DNA of 32,000 bases, from NCBI RefSeq assembly GCF_001598795.1, contig NZ_BCZP01000019.1, forward strand, positions 60,001 through 92,000. The letters are read 5' to 3'. The notes beneath the pieces are model-generated. The model was given only the letters and a program-made list of their open reading frames with translations. It made no database searches and was not told the origin of the DNA. Positions 28,053 to 32,000 of the stretch are shown here, in pieces; the first letter of the stretch is position 1; each line of letters opens with the position of its first letter. This DNA is from Delftia acidovorans NBRC 14950. GTDB lineage: Bacteria; Pseudomonadota; Gammaproteobacteria; Burkholderiales; Burkholderiaceae_C. The position numbers and the translations under genes were made by a program.

Positions 28053-30452
28053 TTACCAGCGATAGGTGGCCGTGCCGATCACCTTGCGGGGCTCGCCATA
28101 GAAGCAGCCGTAGGAGCAGCTGGCGATATAGGTCTTGTCGGTCAGATTGGTGAGGTTCAGGGCGAAGCGCCAGGGTCCGGTGGTGTAGCTGACCATGGCA
28201 TCCACCAGGGTGAACGCCGGCAGCGAGACGGGAACGCCATAGGCCAGGCCGCGTGTCTGACCCAGGTACCTGGCACCCATGCCCACCTTGAGGCCGGCAA
28301 GCCCGAAGTCTCCAAAGCTGTAGTCGCCCCACAGCGATATCTGGTTGTAGGGCACGCCGATGGAGCGCTTGCCCAGCTCGTCCGGCTGCAGGGGGCTTGC
28401 CTGCGTGGTGCGCGCATCCGTGTAGGCATAGGCGGCAATGATGTTCACATTGCGGCCGATGGAGCTTCGCGCCTCCAGCTCGAAGCCACGGGAACGGACT
28501 TCCCCGGCCTGTATGTTGAACGCCCTGCTGGCGTCCTGGGGATCGGGCACGAGCAGGTTCTGGCGGGTGAGCTGGAAGACCGCTGCCGAAATCATGGCCC
28601 GGGAGCCGCTGGGCTGGTAGCGGACACCGGCCTCGTACTGCTGCCCCGTCGTGGGCTTGAACCGCGATCCAAGGCGGTCCTGGCCCTGGGTGGGCTCGAA
28701 GGACTCGCTGTAGCTGAAGAAGGGGGCAAGGCCATTGGCGGCGAGATAGACCACGCCCAGCCGGCCCGTGAAGGCCGAGCTTTTCTCATTGGCCGCGCTC
28801 ACGTCCCCGGTGAAGAAGTTCGTCTCGTTGAAGCGGACCTTGTCATAGCGGCCGCCCAGCAGAACCACCCACTTGTCATCGATCTTGATCTGGTCCTGCG
28901 CATAGATGCCAAGCCGCTTGTAGTCGTTCTTCCAGGACGAGCGGTAGTAGGGGGAGACAGGCCCCACCGGCTTGCCGTAGACCGGGTTGAAGACATCGAG
29001 GTCGGCGGCCTGCTGTTCATAGCGCTCGGTCTCGTGCTTTGGCAGGGCGTAGTCGAAGCCCACCAGCATGGTGTGCTTGATGCGGCCCTGGTCCAGCTGG
29101 TACTGCAGCGAGGTATCGGTCACGAAGGCCGACGAACGGTCCCAGCGCGGCTGGAAGTAGCGCTCCACCACCGAGCGCTGGTCGGCGGACAGGCCCCAGC
29201 CGTCCGTGCTGAAGTAGCTGCTCTTTGCGTTGTAGTAGCGCATGCTGTTCCTGAGCTTGAGCTTCTCGGAAAAGGCATGTTCGAAGAGATAGCCGATGGA
29301 GTAGCGGTCCAGATCGAATTTGTCCCGCCCCGCCTCTCCGATGAAGCGGTTGCGGGGAATCTGTCCATTGATGTTGGGCAGCAGGGTGCCGTAGGCGGGC
29401 AGTCCGTAGACGTAGGTGGTGCGGTCCTTCTGGACCTCGGCCAACAGTGTCAGCGAAGTGTTCGCATCGGGCTGCCACTTGAGCGATGGGGCGACATAGG
29501 TTCTGTCATCGGGGACACGGTCGATGAAGCTGTCGCTGTCGCGCTTGAGCGCCACCAGCCGGTAGGACCATTTGCCCTCGTCGTCCAGGGCGCCCGCAAA
29601 ATCACCCGACACCTGCCTGCGCCCGAAGCTTCCGGCGTCGATGTTCAGTTCCCGGATTTTTTCCGTGGTGGGCCGCTTGCTCACGGTGTTGACCACGCCG
29701 CCCGGGGAGACCGAGCCAAAAATCACCGAAGAGGCGCCCTTGAGCAGCTCGATGCGCTCCAGGCCGTAGGGCTCCTGCCGTCCGTCGTAGATGTTGGCCG
29801 TGAACAGGCTGCCGTCCCGGTACATGCCCGTGGTGCGGAATCCGCGCAGATACAGGCTGTCCGAGGTACGGTCCAGGCCCTCGGCGCGGGTGACGCCGGC
29901 GGCGTAGCCCAGCGCATCCTGCAGGCTTTGCGACTTCAGCGTCTCGATCTCCTGGGCACCGATGACCGTGATGGACTGCGGTGTCTCCAGGATGGGCGTA
30001 TCGGTCTTCGTGCCCGTTGAGCTGCGCCGGGCGACATAGCCCTGCACGGGGCCGGCTGCGGTTTCGCTGTCCGTGACGTTGATGGTCGGCAAGGTCGCGC
30101 CGGAGACCGCGGGACGGCGGATGGCGAAGCCTCCGTTGTTCGTCCTGGTGGCTTCCAGGAACGTGCCGGCCAGCAGCTCCCGCAAGGCCTGCTCCGATGT
30201 CAGGCGGCCGTTGACGGCGCGGGAACTGAGCCCGGCAACCAGGTCGCCTGCGGCAAACATCTGGGTTCCCGTCTGGCGGGACAGCTCGTTGATGGCCGAA
30301 GCCAGGGCCTGGGCCGGCACATGGATATCGAACACTTGGGCAGCCTCCTGCCCTGTGGCCTGGGCCACCGCCTCGGTGCTCCAGAACGAAACGGAACCAA
30401 AGGCCGTGGCAAGGGCCAGGCTCAGCAGATGTTGACGGGGCAAGGAACGCAT
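28053..30452 (-). CDS. TonB-dependent siderophore receptor with N-terminal STN signalling domain (transducer type, FpvA/FecA-like)
   Basis: Signal peptide, then an STN domain (FDIHVPAQALASAINELSRQTGTQMF..GRLTSEQALRELLAGT). A plug region (ITVIGAQEIE) and a beta-barrel follow, ending in the aromatic ..ATYRW. Confidence 0.9.
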   Translation of the reverse strand: MRSLPRQHLLSLALATAFGSVSFWSTEAVAQATGQEAAQVFDIHVPAQALASAINELSRQTGTQMFAAGDLVAGLSSRAVNGRLTSEQALRELLAGTFLEATRTNNGGFAIRRPAVSGATLPTINVTDSETAAGPVQGYVARRSSTGTKTDTPILETPQSITVIGAQEIETLKSQSLQDALGYAAGVTRAEGLDRTSDSLYLRGFRTTGMYRDGSLFTANIYDGRQEPYGLERIELLKGASSVIFGSVSPGGVVNTVSKRPTTEKIRELNIDAGSFGRRQVSGDFAGALDDEGKWSYRLVALKRDSDSFIDRVPDDRTYVAPSLKWQPDANTSLTLLAEVQKDRTTYVYGLPAYGTLLPNINGQIPRNRFIGEAGRDKFDLDRYSIGYLFEHAFSEKLKLRNSMRYYNAKSSYFSTDGWGLSADQRSVVERYFQPRWDRSSAFVTDTSLQYQLDQGRIKHTMLVGFDYALPKHETERYEQQAADLDVFNPVYGKPVGPVSPYYRSSWKNDYKRLGIYAQDQIKIDDKWVVLLGGRYDKVRFNETNFFTGDVSAANEKSSAFTGRLGVVYLAANGLAPFFSYSESFEPTQGQDRLGSRFKPTTGQQYEAGVRYQPSGSRAMISAAVFQLTRQNLLVPDPQDASRAFNIQAGEVRSRGFELEARSSIGRNVNIIAAYAYTDARTTQASPLQPDELGKRSIGVPYNQISLWGDYSFGDFGLAGLKVGMGARYLGQTRGLAYGVPVSLPAFTLVDAMVSYTTGPWRFALNLTNLTDKTYIASCSYGCFYGEPRKVIGTATYRW

Positions 30453-30583
30453 GGTTGAAGAATTTCCAAAGGCTTTGAATGAGACTGGTTACCAACCGGA
30501 CGCGGACCTCGGCGCTGGTTGTTGTGCATTCCAAAGACGTTCTGCGCAGAAAAATGGAGACAAGGTGTAACCCCTATTTCACG

Positions 30584-30627
30584 AAAAAACCGGGATGGGA
30601 CGGGGGCGTCCTGCCCCCCCTCCCCGG
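30584..30627 (-). terminator. Possible intrinsic terminator between the NRPS gene and the receptor gene
   Basis: On the minus strand, an imperfect GC-rich hairpin (CCGGG..GGACG-CCCC-CGTCC..CCCGG) is followed by T6 (plus-strand A6 at 30584-30589). Confidence 0.45.
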
Positions 30628-30633
30628 CTCCCG

Positions 30634-32000
30634 TCAGTCCAGCGCGTACTCCAGCGCCAAGGCATCGAGGATTTCAGCCGTCAGCCCCTCGTTCCTCATG
30701 ATGGCGTAGTGGTCGGCGCGGATCACCGCGCCCTCTGCCCTTTCGGCCATTTCGGCCCTATCGACCCCCTCCTGGCGCAGCTGCTGCGCGAGCCGCAGCC
30801 GGTGCCCGGCCGCGGTTTCATCGCTCCACCAAAGGCTTGCCGCCGCTTGCACGGGCGCCAGGGCCTGCGCCTGCAGCGCCAGGTGCTTCAGGTGCAGGGT
30901 GGTCAGAAAGGCCTGGGCCAGGTCGGCGCCGTCCATGCAGGCATGGCCGCTGGGCCCTCCCGGTCCCTGCCTTGCAGCTTCGCGGCCCAGCGCGGCAGCC
31001 AGAAGATCGGCGCGGGGCGGCACCGATGCATCGATGTCCGCAAGGTCCTCGATGCGCGCCAAGGGCAGCATCTGCGAGACAAAGAGCCGGAAGTCATCCC
31101 ACCACGACGAGGACCCGGCCGCATCGCCAGCAGGCACGAACGGGTCCACCAGTCCCAGGAAACCCACCGTCTGTCCCTGGGCTTCGAGCCGGGCCGCGAT
31201 CAGGGCCGCCAGGCTGCCGCCCAGGGACCAGCCGAGCAGGTGGTAGGGGCCGGCGGGCTGTACCTGCCTCACCATCGCGCAGTAGTCGTCGGCCATCTGC
31301 TCCAGCGAGCGGTCGCGGTAGCCGGGATCGCCCAGGCTGCGGCAGGGTATGGCGTGGACGGTGCGCCGGTCCTGCAAGGCCCGCGCCAGCGGCTGGTAGT
31401 CAAATACCGTGCCGAACCCGGCATGCACGCAGAACAGCGGTGGTGCGGCTTCACACACGGCGTTGAGCGCCACGACTCCCCCAGCTCCACCGGCGCCGGC
31501 TGAGCGAAGCTCCAGCAGGCCGGCAATGGTGGGCCGCTGCAGCAGGTCGCGCAGCTTGAAGTCCAGCTGCGGATCGCCCAGCTTGCGCACCTTGGCGTGC
31601 ATCCTGAGGCTGAGCAGGGAGTCCCCGCCCAACTCGAAGAAGTTGTCGGTCTCGCCCACGCGTTCCACGCCAAGCACCTCCTGCCAGATGCGGGCCAGCG
31701 CCATGGCCGACGCTGTGGACGGTGGCACGTGAACCCGCCCGGCATCTGCCTGCGGCAGCGGCAGCGCACCACGGTCAAGCTTGCCGCTGACCAGTCTTGG
31801 CAAGGCGGGCAGGACCAGCGTATGGGCCGGCAGCATGTAGTCGGGCAGGTGCTCGCCTGTCTGCTGGCGGATGCGCTGGACCAGGGTCTGCGCGGCGGTG
31901 CCCTCCTCCCCCACCACATAGGCCACCAGCTGCTTGCCTGTACCGGCATCCTGGACCAGCACGGCGGCATCGACCACGCCGGGCACGGCCCGGACGGCCT
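30634..32000 (-). CDS. Non-ribosomal peptide synthetase, C-terminal end (A-domain tail, PCP, thioesterase); continues beyond the window
   Basis: A10 core GKLDRGALP, PCP core FFELGGDSLLSL and TE nucleophile GWSLGG. The frame stays open to nt 32000. The apparent M at 31986 is an internal GTG (..AVRAVPGVVDAAVLV..). Confidence 0.9.
   Translation of the reverse strand, partial: AVRAVPGVVDAAVLVQDAGTGKQLVAYVVGEEGTAAQTLVQRIRQQTGEHLPDYMLPAHTLVLPALPRLVSGKLDRGALPLPQADAGRVHVPPSTASAMALARIWQEVLGVERVGETDNFFELGGDSLLSLRMHAKVRKLGDPQLDFKLRDLLQRPTIAGLLELRSAGAGGAGGVVALNAVCEAAPPLFCVHAGFGTVFDYQPLARALQDRRTVHAIPCRSLGDPGYRDRSLEQMADDYCAMVRQVQPAGPYHLLGWSLGGSLAALIAARLEAQGQTVGFLGLVDPFVPAGDAAGSSSWWDDFRLFVSQMLPLARIEDLADIDASVPPRADLLAAALGREAARQGPGGPSGHACMDGADLAQAFLTTLHLKHLALQAQALAPVQAAASLWWSDETAAGHRLRLAQQLRQEGVDRAEMAERAEGAVIRADHYAIMRNEGLTAEILDALALEYALD

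Noticed and set aside
30497-30523. A fourth copy of the ECF-type motif upstream of the receptor gene (minus strand ACAACC-N14-CGTCCG).
   Set aside because: The -35 differs (CAAC rather than GAAC, with no TGAACA) and the spacer is 1 nt shorter. That is too weak to call from sequence alone.
31984-31986. Apparent start codon of the 450-aa ORF 30634..31986.
   Set aside because: It is a GTG inside an NRPS adenylation domain. The frame stays open to the window edge and the upstream residues (..AVRAVPGVVDAAVLV) continue the A-domain, so the gene is truncated by the window.

Overview
High-GC proteobacterial chromosome segment. Gene content and protein sequences look betaproteobacterial, Comamonadaceae-like, but that is inference only because no search was possible. 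The first ~19.6 kb is housekeeping. It holds the 3' part of lapB, a ComEA-like HhH protein and a six-gene Mrp/Pha cation:proton antiporter operon (fused A/B, C, D, E, F, G) with overlapping stop/start codons. A LOG-family protein follows, then a co-directional minus-strand run: acyl-CoA thioesterase, pncB, ion permease, 2-hydroxyacid dehydrogenase, rmuC and an MFS transporter. Next come a phasin gene with a recognisable promoter, operator-like sites and a highly structured 3' region, then an orphan Fe(3+)-binding periplasmic protein and an SDR 3-hydroxyacyl-CoA dehydrogenase. From ~19.7 kb to the window end lies the accessory arm of an NRPS hydroxamate-siderophore locus. It contains a PvdF-like formyltransferase, a PvdE-like exporter, a family-IV esterase, an IucB-like acetyltransferase and a PvdA-like ornithine hydroxylase. 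It also contains a FecI/FecR-type ECF sigma/anti-sigma pair, an STN-domain TonB-dependent transducer receptor, and the A-T-TE end of an NRPS that continues past the window. The most interesting signals I can read directly are cis-regulatory. Three copies of TGAACA-N15-CGTC(A/T)T sit in front of the three tailoring/export units. A perfect 15-bp tandem duplication spans the esterase stop codon and supplies one of those -35 boxes. A 9-bp tandem array lies in the following leader, and a Fur-box-like palindrome precedes the sigma gene. I see no rRNA, tRNA, CRISPR, transposase, integrase or phage genes. I do not see convincing evidence for a fundamentally new type of system: from memory the siderophore locus resembles delftibactin/acidobactin-type clusters, and its product and regulation are the open questions. 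All functional calls rest on motif recognition by eye, and start codons are approximate.
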